A stretch of DNA of 32,216 nucleotides, from the NCBI RefSeq assembly GCF_006345805.1, contig NW_021832810.1:1-32216 (forward strand), in the 5' to 3' direction. A program made the translations under genes and the position numbers. Below the pieces are notes generated by a model. The model was given only the letters and a program-made list of their open reading frames with translations. It ran no database searches and was not told the DNA's origin. This DNA comes from Octopus sinensis. Its lineage: Eukaryota. Shown here piece after piece: positions 20,821-31,837 of the stretch (the stretch's first letter is position 1; each line of letters opens with the position of its first letter).

Positions 20821-21014
20821 GTGAGCCGAGAGGATTTCTGTGTCTGCTCGCGACGCAAGCATAGAATCTTAAAACAAGTAACAACAGAGTGGCACAAGTT
20901 ACCAAGAACTACGTTAACGATACGCGTATTTGTGGAGAGCCCAGCCACTTGCACTTGCTCGTATCAACTGGAACACTCGTTGTCGTAACCGACGGAGTGC
21001 AGGTTTTGTCATCC

Positions 21015-21269
21015 TTTGTTTGTTCCTTCTCGGGTCACCCCTGGCTCATTAGAGCCGGTTTCCTTGGCGTATAGGTTCCCCACCTGGAGGAAAAAGTGAG
21101 AGAAAGTTGTGGCGAAAGAGTCAGCAGAAATTCGCCATTACCTTCTGCCAGAGCCCCGTGGAGCTTAGGTGTTTCGCTCATAAACACACACATCGCCCGA
21201 TCTGAGATTCGAACCCGCGATCCCTCGACCGCGAGTCCGCAGCTCTGACCACGAGGCCATGTGCCTCCA
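21015..21269 (-). mobile_element. SINE-E with an internal 41-bp deletion
   Basis: Same family as 26568-26875; the segment between two ctgga microhomologies is missing. Confidence 0.88.
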
Positions 21270-21588
21270 AGGGTAATAAAATAAAGTACCAATCAAACAT
21301 CGATGGTATCGACTAACTGCTTTGCCTTGTGTAAGAAAAAAAAAATAAACAATGATTTATTATGAAAGTAATTTGTATTTGTTTTTTGTTTTTTTCATCG
21401 TGTACAAAGGTAATGTTTATCAAATATTCAAATAACTATACATTGTGATTTATAAATAAGTCAAGAAACGTAGAAGAATGACAAGCATTGAAATGACAAA
21501 GTAACAAAAACTGAACTTTATTTCTTCCAAATGAATAAATAATACGCTGGGAACAAAGTTTGAAACCAAGCCCAAGTGAAACTATAAT

Positions 21589-22215
21589 CTTTTACTCTTT
21601 TACTTGTTTCAGTCATTTGACTGCGGCCATGCTGGAGCACGGCCTTTAGTCGAGCAAATCGACCCCGGGACTTATTCTTTGTAAGCCTAGTACTTATTCT
21701 ATCGGTTCTCTTTTGCCGAACTGCTAAGTTACGGGGACGTAAGCACACAAGCATCGGTTGTCAAGCGATCTTGGGAGGACAAACACACATACACAAACTT
21801 ATACACACAAACATATATATATACATATACATATATACGACGGGCTTCTTTCAGTTTCCGTCTACCAAATCCACTCACAAGGCTTTGGTTGACCCGATGC
21901 TATAGTAGAAGACACTTGCCCAAGGTGCCACGCAGTGGGACTGAACCCGGAATCATGTGGTTGGTAAACAAGCTACTTACCTATTTCTTTACCACTCACA
22001 AGGGGCTAAACACAGAGGAGGCAAACAAGGACAGACAGACGGATTAAGGCGATTACATCGACGACCCCAGTGCGTAACTGGTACTTATTTAATCGACCCT
22101 GAAAGGATGAAAGGCAAAGTCGACCTCGGCAGAATTCGAACACAGAACGTAGCGGCAGACGAAATACGGCTAACGTTTCTGCCAGCTCGCCCTACTCACC
22201 ACACAGCTACTCCTA
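21589..22215 (-). mobile_element. Full-length SINE-A with SINE-B inserted in its head
   Basis: Reverse complement of 11063-11463, interrupted at 21982-22190. Confidence 0.9.
21982..22190 (-). mobile_element. SINE-B monomer (aaagaaata-tailed variant)
   Basis: One body unit plus shortened head; 9-bp TSD ctact(t/c)acc (21973-21981, 22191-22199). Confidence 0.88.
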
Positions 22216-22244
22216 CATACATAAATTGCTTTTAACAATATCAA

Positions 22245-22590
22245 TTTTAAATTTTGCCACGAAGCCAAGTTTAGCTGGTGGGCTAGTTCGATTAAATCGA
22301 TCTCAGTACACAACTAGCACTTATTATTGTATCGACTCTGAAAGGATGAAAGACAAAGTTGACTTCTGCGGAATTTGACTCAGGATGTAAAGACTGACGA
22401 AACGTTGCAAGGCGTAGGAGTGGCTGTGAGGCGGGGGAGTGGCTGTGTGGTAAGTAGCTTGTTTACCAACCACATGGTTCCGGGTTCAGTCCCACTGCGT
22501 GGCACCTTGGGCAAGTGTCTTCTACTATAGCTTCGGGTCGACCAAAGCCTTGTGAGTGGATTTGGTAGACGGAAACTGAAAGAAGCCCAT

Positions 22591-22647
<57 letters not shown>

Positions 22648-22920
22648 TGTGTGTGTGTGTGTTTGTGTGTCTGTGTTTGCACCCCCACTCAACATCGCTT
22701 GACAACCGATGCTGGTGTGGTTACGTCGCCGTAACTTGGCGGTTCGGCAAAAGAGAACCGATAGAATTAGTACTAGGTTTACAAAGAATAAGTCCTGGGG
22801 TCGATTTGCTCGACTAAATGCGGTGCTCCAGCATGGCCACAGTCAAATGACTGAAACAAGTAAAAGAGTAAAGAGTTTCGCCCTGCGTTCTAATGATTCT
22901 GTCTGTTCGCCGCCTTCGCT
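22245..22920 (-). mobile_element. Diverged SINE-B split by a SINE-A insertion
   Basis: Core at 22245-22410; the head resumes at 22877 (tttcgccctgcgttctaatgattctgtctgttcgccgcctt). Confidence 0.75.
22411..22876 (+). mobile_element. Full-length SINE-A with duplicated 5' tip
   Basis: ggcgtaggagtggctgtga-ggcgggggagtggctgtgtggtaag...gtaaaagagtaaagag. Confidence 0.92.
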
Positions 22921-22967
22921 TTCAGCGAAAGTAAGGTGGCCTCGAGCTGGCAGGACCGTTAGAGCGC

Positions 22968-23178
22968 CAGCAGTTTTGGGGTTGGCGGGGGTGGGAAAGG
23001 GGGGCTAAGTCGATTACATCGACTCCGATGTTCAACTGGTAGTTATTTTGTCGAATCCGAAAGAATGTAAAGGCAAAGTCGACCTCAGCGGAATTTGAAC
23101 TCAGAACGAAATGATGGAGGAAATGCAGCTGAGGTTTTTGCTTGGCGTGCAAACGATTATGCCAGCACGCCGCTTGGC
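22968..23178 (-). mobile_element. SINE-B with ordinary tail
   Basis: taagtcgattacatcgactcc..aaggcaaagtcgacctcagcggaatttgaactcagaacg. Confidence 0.85.
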
Positions 23179-23444
23179 AAGACTCCCCCCCCCCCTTTTA
23201 AAAACTTTTTTTTTTTCAACACAAATCCCCCTCATCCCCATTTCCTTTATTTTAAACTTTTTTTCAGAATTTTTTCCTCTCAAAATATGCGGGAAAATGC
23301 GGAGATTATGATTCTGAAAAAAAATTCCAAAAATCTTTGTAAAATGTTTTTTAAAGAATTTTTTTCTTTTCTAAATATGCGGAAAAATACGGACATCATG
23401 ATTCGGACAAAAATTTCAAAGCATTTCTGTACTTACGTTTACAG

Positions 23445-23607
23445 TTTTAGGGTTAGGGTTAGGATTAGGTTTTAGGGTTAGGGTTAGGGTTTTAGGGTTA
23501 GGGTTAGTGTATTAAGGTTAGGGTTAGGGTTTTAGAGTTACGATTAGTGTTTTAGGGTTAGCGTTAGGGTTAGAGTTTTAGGGTTACGGTTAAGGTTTTA
23601 GGGTTAG
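23445..23607 (+). repeat. Interstitial telomere-like (TTAGGG)n tract with TTTTAGGG variants
   Basis: Direct reading; many variant units (ttagtg, ttagag, ttacgg). Confidence 0.9.
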
Positions 23608-23829
23608 TGTTGCGGAAAAAAGTCAAAATTGAAGAAGTTGGAAGCGGGGTGCAAAAGGGAGGGAAATTTTCACAATGCCGATTTTTGGTAATTTTCCAGA
23701 ACCTCCGTGTCCGAAAACGGGGATTTTGTGCAAAAAAATTTTTTAAATAAACAAATTTGGGAGAAAATGGTGTTGGGGATGGGCGGAAGTCTTTCCCCCC
23801 ACTTTAACAATGATAATAATAATAATAAT

Positions 23830-24048
23830 CCCTTCTGCTATAGGCACAAGGCCTGGGGGTTTTGGCGGAGGGGGGAGGTGCTAGCCGATCATATCAACCC
23901 CAGTGCTGAACTGACACTTGTTTTATTAACCCCGAAAGAATGAAAGGTAAAGTCGACCTCGGTATAATTTGAACTCAGAACGTAGAAAAGACGAAATACC
24001 GCCAAGAAATTTGCCTGGCGTGTTAACAAGTCTGGCAGCTCGACGCTT
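23830..24048 (-). mobile_element. Diverged SINE-B
   Basis: ggcacaaggcc tail, aaagtcgacctcgg..tttgaactcagaacg core and ctggcagctcg head. Confidence 0.85.
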
Positions 24049-24411
24049 TTTTGTATATATAAATATTGTAAATAGTCTTTTGTTGGCCATTACTGATTTT
24101 ATTGTCCAAAGGTGGAATAAATTGGTTTGCCTGACGGAAGACGAATAATTTAACTTTTCATGTGGAACCCTTCGACGAATGTATACTTCACTTCGCTAAT
24201 TCATTTTTAAGGATGTTAAATAAAGTGATTTAATTGTTGTAACGTGAGACAGAAAATTCAACAATGGATAGTTTTCACAGACAACAAGAGATGATCTGTG
24301 TCGACAACAAAGAAAACAAAAATGCTAATATTTATAAGCTCGCGTACCGTGACGAGAGAGATGTGCATCCATCTAGCTATCTGTCTGCCGTCTGCCTGAC
24401 TGCCGCCTGCT

Positions 24412-24413
24412 TG

Positions 24414-24502
<89 letters not shown>

Positions 24503-24512
24503 TATCTGTCTA

Positions 24513-24547
<35 letters not shown>

Positions 24548-24565
24548 GTCTGTCTGTATGTGTGT
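24412..24565 (+). repeat. (ATCT)n/(GTCT)n microsatellite
   Basis: Direct reading. Confidence 0.95.
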
Positions 24566-24576
24566 GTATATATATA

Positions 24577-24941
24577 GGCGCAGGAGTGGCTGTGTGGTAA
24601 GTAGTTCCGGGTTCAGTCCCACTGCGTGGCACCTTGGGCAAGTGTCTTCTACTATAGCCTCGAGCCGACCAAAGCCTTATGAGTGGATTTGGTAGACGGA
24701 AACTGAAAGAAGCCCGTCGTATATATGTATATATACATGTGTGTGTGTTTGTGTGTCTGTGTTTGTCTCCCAACTTCGCTTGACAACCGATGCGAGTGTG
24801 TTTACGTCCCTGTAACTTAGCGGTTCGGCAAAAGAGACCGATAGAATAAGTACTAGGCTTACAAAGAATAAGTCCTGAGATCGATTTGCTCGACTAAAGG
24901 CGGTGCTCCTGCATGGCTGAAACAAATAAAAGAGTAAAGAG
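24577..24941 (+). mobile_element. SINE-A with two short internal deletions
   Basis: Collinear with 22411-22876. Confidence 0.92.
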
Positions 24942-25632
24942 TATATATTTCTGACTATCTATCTATCTACCTACCTACCTACAGACATAACGACCGACCG
25001 ATCGACCAGTTTGTCTGTCTATCTGTCTGTCCGTTTGTCTATCTGTTTGAATAACTAGACAAAGAAAGGTCAAATTCGAATGAAACCTAGCTTTCTTCAT
25101 TACTCATAAATGTTACAGGACAGTGAAGTAACAATACTGCTTACAAAGGTACAGGGTACGGCCTGGGAAGCTCAAGTGAAGCAACTACAGCATCGACAAT
25201 AATAGGCCCTTATTGTTTCGATTCGATTATATATAAATGAATGAATAAAAGGAATATAATGAAATTGAGAGGAACTTTCATCTCGTTACTCTCTGTCGAA
25301 AAGGAAACAACGAAAGGTTACTGGCCATATTATCCCCTGTCTGTATTATAGGTGCAGAGTTTGCTTGTTGACTATTTAATTATAATTGTTCTTTTATTTC
25401 AATAAAAAGAATATAATCAAAATATGTTTACATGCATCATTTGTATGCACAGATGAGAGAGGGAGAGAGAAAAATAGAAGGAGAAAGAGAGCGAGTGAGA
25501 GAGTGATGTAACACTTCAGACATCAAAGGCGATTTGACCGGCGATAAATTATCGTCTGCATTGCATATATTAACTTCTGCACAAATCTTTCGATTTTATT
25601 TCATTCAAACATACTTAGTAACCTCTCATCTA

Positions 25633-25633
25633 C

Positions 25634-25717
<84 letters not shown>

Positions 25718-25783
25718 GTCTGTCTGTCTGTCTGCCTGCCTGTCTGTCTGTCTGCCTGTCTGTCTATCTATCTATCTATCTAC

Positions 25784-25845
<62 letters not shown>

Positions 25846-25926
25846 GTCTATCTATCTATCTTTCTACCTGTCAGTCTGCTTATCTGTCTATCAGCTTGTC
25901 TGTCTGTAGGTCACTCACTCACTCAA

Positions 25927-25957
<31 letters not shown>

Positions 25958-26046
25958 GCAAGCAAGCAAGCAATTTATCTGTTACTCTGTCTCTCCATCT
26001 ATCCTCCTCCTCCTCCTCCTAATCTTCTTTTCTTCTTCTTCTTCTT

Positions 26047-26133
<87 letters not shown>
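25633..26133 (+). repeat. Compound microsatellite (ATCT, GTCT, CAAT, GCAA, CCT, CTT, ATT)
   Basis: Direct reading. Confidence 0.95.
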
Positions 26134-26135
<2 letters not shown>

Positions 26136-26567
26136 TCTTTAATTCTCACTTGCTTCCATTTTTTTTCGCCGGCACCTGCATATACATACCCACATACGGA
26201 CAGACATACAGACAGACAGACAGATATGCCAATGTACACTTCCTTGGTAACAAAGAAACAAAATAGATTTAGATCACAGTCGTATCAGATTACAGCTTAT
26301 TCAAGTGAGTTCAATGTGGTTTCTAATGAATCATAAAGTTAATTAATCCCCCCTTCCTTTACAACTTTATCACAATTTTGACACCGACATAGCTAGCTTA
26401 AGTGTGTGCCACCCGGGTGCAGCACTTGAATTTACAGCCTCCCCGTCAGGTGCCACCAAGCCCACACAGGCTTATATAACAAACTCTAAAGTACCGTGCC
26501 GATAAAAGCATGGTCTGCAGTGCAGCCCCCAATGCCCACTCTTTCCTTCTGCCATTACCACTTCTTT

Positions 26568-26875
26568 TTGTTTGTTTGTTCCTTCTCGAGCCATGCCTGG
26601 CTCATAAGGGCCAGTTTCCCGGTTTCCTTGGTGTATAGGTTCCCCACCTGGACGGGACGCCAGTCCATCGCAGGTGAGCTGCAAGATGCTGGAGGAAAGA
26701 GTGAGAGAAAGTTGTGGCGAAAGAGTCAGCAGAAGTTTGCCATTACCCTCTGCCGGAGCTGTGTGGAACTTAGGTGTTTTGCTCATAAACACACACATCG
26801 CCCGGTCTGAGATTCGAACCCGTGATCCCTTGACTGTGAGTCTGCTGCTCTAACCACTAGGCCATGTGCCTCCAC
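26568..26875 (-). mobile_element. Full-length SINE-E
   Basis: Minus-strand head gtggaggcacatggcctagtggttagagcagc..gggttcgaatctc; central cctgcgatggactggcgtcccgtccagg. Confidence 0.9.
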
Positions 26876-27133
26876 CCTTTACCACTTGTGTCTCTCTCAC
26901 CTTCTCCTGCCACTACTCCCCAGCAACGCTACTACATTTTTTCTGCCTTTAACCCTCCAAATGCGGAGTATAGGCCACTTATAATTGAATTCCATGTTGC
27001 ATAATTTTTCCCTTCTATACTTATACGCTGCCATGAATGTCCCCCTTTCATGCTTTTGTCAATTGTCTTTTGGTGGTTATGTGTTCATGAACAGACATAT
27101 CAGATTACATTATGATCATCCATATTTGTATGT

Positions 27134-27410
27134 GTGGAGGCGCATGGCTTACTGGTTAGTGTGTCACCACCATAATCATAAGATTGTGGTTTCGATTCCT
27201 GGACTGGGTGACGCGTTGTGTTCTTGAGCAAAACACTTCATTTCACATTGCTCCAGTTCACTCAGCTGGCAAAAATGAGTAATGCCACGATGGACTGGTG
27301 TCCCATCCAGCTGGGGAACACATACACCACAGAAACCGAGAAACCGGGCCCATGAGCCTGGTTAGCCTTTAAAAGGGTGCATTTATTTATTACTTTATAT
27401 TTGTAAGTAC
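27134..27410 (+). mobile_element. SINE with C-type head/core and tail Y
   Basis: Flanked by the 28-bp direct repeat tacattatgatcatc(c/t)atatttgtatgt (27106-27133, 27411-27438). Confidence 0.85.
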
Positions 27411-27669
27411 TACATTATGATCATCTATATTTGTATGTACCAATTCACATCACTGTGAATAGCCGAGGGGTTAGGGTGTTAGGTTCACAGTAATAAGCTT
27501 CCTGGACCAGGCTGTGTGCTGTGTCTTTGAGTCAGACACTTTATTTCATGTTGTTTTAACCCACTCAGCAGGTATGCTGGTGCCAGTAATGCACCTTGCG
27601 ATGTGAGGACCCACCACAAGCAACACTTTTTTGAGGGGTAGCACTTTTGGGTTTGCTGTATAAGCCTGT

Positions 27670-27994
27670 AGTGGAGGTGCAATAGCCCAGTGGTTAGGGC
27701 AGTGGACTCGCGGTCGGAGGATCGCGGTTTCGATTCCCAGACAGGGCGTTGTGTGTGTTTATTGAGCGAAAACACCTAAAAGCTCCACGAGATTCTGGAA
27801 GGGGGTGGGGGTGGCGACCCCTGTTGTACTCTTTTGCCCCAACTTTCTCTCACTCTCTCTTCCTATTCCTTGAGTAACGCTGCGATGGACTGGTGTCCTG
27901 TCCAGCTGGGAGGAACACATACGCCACAGAAACCGGGAAACCGGGTCCATGAGCCTGGCTAGGCTTGAAAAGGGTGCATAAATAAATATAAATG
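27670..27994 (+). mobile_element. SINE with D-type head and tail Y
   Basis: Perfect 12-bp TSD gtataagcctgt (27658-27669, 27995-28006). Confidence 0.92.
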
Positions 27995-28104
27995 GTATAA
28001 GCCTGTGTAGGGGGCAGTGCCAAACCTAGGGGCTCCCCCAAATGGTACACCCTAGCTATTTCACTGGCTAGTGAAACTCTTTCTCTCTTCAGCTGTCACA
28101 TCCT

Positions 28105-28216
28105 TGATATTTCCCCAGGGCACCTGTTGAAGGCTGGAGGGTATATCAGCCGAAACGTGTTAACAACAAACAAGATGAGGACAAATATCTGTCAAATGTA
28201 AATAATGTAAATAATG
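28105..28216 (+). mobile_element. Putative Penelope-like terminal-repeat fragment with a degenerate type I hammerhead ribozyme
   Basis: ggcac-CTGTTGA-a-ggctg(gagggtatat)cagcc-GAAAC-gtgtt has hammerhead core order with a 5-bp stem II. PLE assignment rests on the known PLE-hammerhead association. Confidence 0.65.
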
Positions 28217-28412
28217 CTCACCATTAATAGTTAATAACTATTTTATTGAAAAAAATAAAAAAAGAAAATGGTGAATTGATGACAGTGAAACTTCCCTGCA
28301 GTGATTTGATGACAGATTTGCTGGACATGGGGAAAAATAGTGAAGTAAGTAAAATTGCTAATTTTAAATCAGTGCTCCGTAACAATTTTTTTCATATCTG
28401 GTACACTTATAT

Positions 28413-28645
28413 TCATCATCATCATCATCATCATCATCATTTAGCATCCACTTTCCATGCTAGCATGGGTTGGACGGTTCAACTGGGGTCTGGGAGGCCA
28501 GAAGGCTGCACCAGGCCTTCCTAACGCCAACCACTCTGTGAGTGTAGTGGGTGCTTTCTATGTGCCAGACAGGGCTGGCAAACGGCCACGGTCGGATGGT
28601 GCTTTTTATGTGCCACTGGCACGGGGGCCAGGCAAGGCTGGCCAA
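28413..28645 (-). mobile_element. 3' part of a retroposon with an RTE-type tail ending in (ATG)n
   Basis: The minus strand ends cgtccaacccatgctagcatggaaagtggatgctaaatgatgatgatg, resembling RTE-derived 3' tails (recalled, not searched). Confidence 0.6.
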
Positions 28646-28793
28646 AATTTGGTGACACACCTAAACTAAAAATATAACTATATAAGTATAGGGGAAAAAA
28701 ATTATATTCAGGATACACCATGGCATGCCTAGCATCATCTTGTGGCACACCATACCAGTTGCAGAGCACTGTTCTGGATATATACAAAGAATT

Positions 28794-29063
28794 CCACATT
28801 ATCTTGTGAGTCTTCTCTATTTCAAAATAATAATATATGATTTGAGGGAAATTTAGCTGTTATGTGTTGTGGTTCAAATGACTGCACAAATGGTCCCTCA
28901 CAAGGCTCTATTTTTGCCCTGCAGTGTTTATCTTTTGTAAAAAGGAAAAGTTAAAATTTGAAACTGGAATAAATTGATGATAGTCTTTGTAACAATTAGT
29001 TGATGAGAATGTTCGGATATGTTTGGATTACAGCGAAGAGAGAAGAATCTAATGTTATAAGCC
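28794..29063 (+). repeat. Second copy of the 3408-3685 dispersed repeat
   Basis: See 3408-3685. Confidence 0.7.
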
Positions 29064-29093
29064 ATTGTCTTTCACCTGAAAGTGAGGAAAAAG

Positions 29094-29136
<43 letters not shown>

Positions 29137-29289
29137 TATTATTTTACCAAAGTGTCTCTACATTTCTAATGGAGATAATGTGTATTTATTAAAAAAACAC
29201 TCATACGTTATGGTAGAATTAAGATAATTAACTGGAGCATGGATCTAAGTATTTAAGGAGTTGAATGTACAATTTCCTATAAGTCAGAC

Positions 29290-29500
29290 TGCCTCATGAC
29301 CCCAGCAAATGAAATGGAAAGGGCATTGCCCCAGAGGATGGTGAAGGAGATATGCTGGAACAACCACTCTGATTCACAGGGTTTGCACTTGCAGACAACC
29401 ATCTCTGCCCCAATAGTGGTGAGCAAGAATATGGTCCAGGGGCCAAGAACACCAGAGATCTCTACTGCCACAGACTCGACCATAAACCTATTGGGGGAGG
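29290..29500 (-). mobile_element. CRE-like (RLE-type) non-LTR retrotransposon C-terminal relic
   Basis: NRFMVESVAVEISGVLGP..FLLTTIG...PCESEWLFQHISFTILWGNALSI matches FxPxAVETxGxxGP...FQRxSxAxxRGNA. Confidence 0.75.
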
Positions 29501-29889
29501 GGACCGCTTCACATAATATTTCTACTTACCAGTGTGTAAGTTCTTCTTACTGATTAATTCATTCACTTTGCCAGCGCTTGCACTGTTATGCAAATTAGGT
29601 AAACCAGTTTAGTTCTCTTCTGAATTTGTACACATGATACATGGATTTAAGTTATCATTGTCTCTGTGGACAGAAATAAGAAATTAATACCTGACAAAGC
29701 AATAATAAATAAATAAATAAATAAATAAATAACTGTTGAGATTAACCAGAGCAATCATGTTTTGTGGCCACACCCCTGTGCCTCAGTTATAATGTTTCTT
29801 TTTCACAATGAGATAAAACGTATGTTTACTAAAAATACTCTCCTAAGTTTATTTTATGTTTGTAATATCAAATGTGCATGTACATGTGA

Positions 29890-30043
29890 GTGTGTGTGGT
29901 AAGAAGCTTGCTTCCTAACCATATGGTTCCGGGTTCAATCCCACTATATGGCACCGTGGCGAAGTGTCTTCTCCTATAGCCTTAGGCTGACCAAAGCCTT
30001 GTGAATGGATTTGGTAGATGGAAACTGGAAGAAGCCTGTCATA

Positions 30044-30082
<39 letters not shown>

Positions 30083-30282
30083 GATAAGCCTACTTGGAAA
30101 TGGATGCATGGCATTCATTCATATAATAATATAAATAATATATATATACCAAATCCATTCACAAGGCTTTGGTTGGCCCGAGGCTATAGTAGAAGACACT
30201 TGCCCAAGGTGCCACACCGTGGGAATGAACCCGGAACCATGTGGTTGGTAAGCAAGCTACTTACCACACAGCCACTCCTAGT
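29890..30282. mobile_element. Two SINE-A 5' halves in tail-to-tail inverted orientation
   Basis: Plus copy 29890-30040 and minus copy 30148-30282, with an AT-rich spacer. Confidence 0.88.
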
Positions 30283-30452
30283 ATGTTTATAATTATTATA
30301 ATGCTTGTTTTTAAATTTAATTTGCTGAAGAGTTTTATTCTTTTGCATTCAATATTGTTTTTTGAAATATGATTTTTGTAATTAATTTATCTTAATTGAG
30401 TTGATGCAGTTATGTAATAGTTAAATAATTTTATGTAAATAAATGACACAAT

Positions 30453-30740
30453 GTATCTAATTGGTGTAAATAAGTAGTATATCGTCTCTATTTGATATAA
30501 TTAAATAATCTATGGCTTCTACTTGATGTAATTAGAGATACCACAATCTCTGTTCTATGTAATTAAACATACAAGATCTCTACTTGATGTAATTAGATAG
30601 TCTATGGTCTCTGATGTAATTACAGTAATTAAATGGTCTATGATCTCTATTTAATGCAATTAGATACAACAATGTCTCTGTTTGGTGCAATTAGACATAC
30701 ATGGTCTTTGATTAATTTTAATTAATCTAATAGTCTCTAC
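30453..30740 (+). repeat. Degenerate ~30-bp minisatellite, about 9 copies
   Basis: Consensus-like unit rtctctacttgatgtaattagatagtctatg recurs about every 30-31 bp. Confidence 0.8.
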
Positions 30741-30844
30741 AGTGACTCTATTTCAAGTGATAAGGTAACACAAGACTCAGTTCGTGTCCATTGAATAGCG
30801 TCGCGTCTTTTCTTTCAAGGCCTAAAGTGTTTTAGAGTCAGCAG

Positions 30845-31191
30845 TCAGCACAGAAAGTCATGGTGACTGTTTGGGGGGCAATGACATAACTGTCATTCTC
30901 CTTGATTTCCGACTGTGAACTCCTAATGGCATCTCGAAGTTCAAAAGAGCTCAGAGATGCATTAGAGGAGAAAGAGACTGAACAAGATTCTGGAAACGAT
31001 CTACATCCACGCAGAAAAAATCATGACAACAAACACATTTTTTTGTTTTTGGCAGCACTAAGACTGGTCAGTGATTGTCCAGCCAAGATCTAACTCCTTC
31101 AGATTTCCACCTGTTTGGTTCAATGAAAGACAGTCTTCGGGAATGACAATTTGATGACACACACAAAGTGAAAATGTCCGGAAAGAAATGG
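30845..31191 (+). pseudogene. Mariner (DD34D-type) transposase relic, catalytic domain, many stops and frameshifts
   Basis: SAQKVMVTVW (cf. SAGKVMATVFWD), VILLDF, ELRDAL, HDN, and SQDLTPSDFHLFGSMKDSLR (cf. YSPDLAPSDFHLF). Confidence 0.85.
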
Positions 31192-31247
31192 GGTACTGCA
31201 GGTTCGGTACTAGGCTTTAGAAATTAAGTCCCGGAATCGATTTATTT

Positions 31248-31305
31248 CTATACATATATATATATTATATGCATATATATATATGCATATATATATATCT
31301 GCATA

Positions 31306-31356
<51 letters not shown>

Positions 31357-31445
31357 TTATATATATATATATATATATATATTACACATTTATATATATA
31401 TATATACATATTATATATATATATATATATTATATATATATATAT
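31248..31445 (+). repeat. (TA)n tract
   Basis: Direct reading. Confidence 0.95.
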
Positions 31446-31786
31446 GAAGGCGCATGGCTCAGTGGTTAGAGCGTCGAGCTTACGATCGTGAGGTTGTGAG
31501 CTCGAATCCCGGACCGGGCTGCGTGTTGTGTTCTTGAGCAAGGCCACTTTATTTCACGTTGCTCCAGTTCACTCAGCTGTAGAAATGAGTTGCGACGTCA
31601 CTGGTGCCAAGCTGTATCGACCTTTGTCTTTCCCTTGGATACACTGGTGGCGTGGAGAGGGGAGGCTGGTATGCATGGGCGACTGCTGGTCTTCCATAAA
31701 CAACCTTGCCCGGACTTGTGTCTAGGAGGGTAACTTTCTAGGTGCAATCCCATGGTCATTCATGACCGAAGGGGGTCTTTACCCTT
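31446..31786 (+). mobile_element. Full-length SINE-C (tRNA-Arg-like head)
   Basis: A-box tggctcagtgg, B-box-like gctcgaatcc and ACG at the anticodon-like position, followed by non-tRNA core and tail. Confidence 0.92.
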
Positions 31787-31805
31787 TATATATATATACA
31801 TTATA

Positions 31806-31837
<32 letters not shown>

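Noticed and set aside
23445-23607. True chromosome end or telomere fusion site
   Set aside because: The tract is short, degenerate, internal and in a single orientation, with no head-to-head TTAGGG/CCCTAA junction.
25110-25202. 30-codon ORF MLQDSEVTILLTKVQGTAWEAQVKQLQHRQ with an internal acceptor-like ttacag and AATAAA at 25244
   Set aside because: It could be a small terminal exon, but I recognise no homolog and the signals are common by chance. Spliced RNA-seq reads would be needed.
29296-29553. 85-aa plus-strand ORF with a gtaagt donor-like site near its end
   Set aside because: It is best explained as the antisense shadow of the CRE-like relic on the minus strand.
31446-31520. tRNA-like sequences with A and B boxes (also 12490-12554, 26800-26875, 27670-27745)
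   Set aside because: They run directly into SINE cores and tails, lack a convincing acceptor stem, and some have TSDs; these are SINE heads, not tRNA genes.
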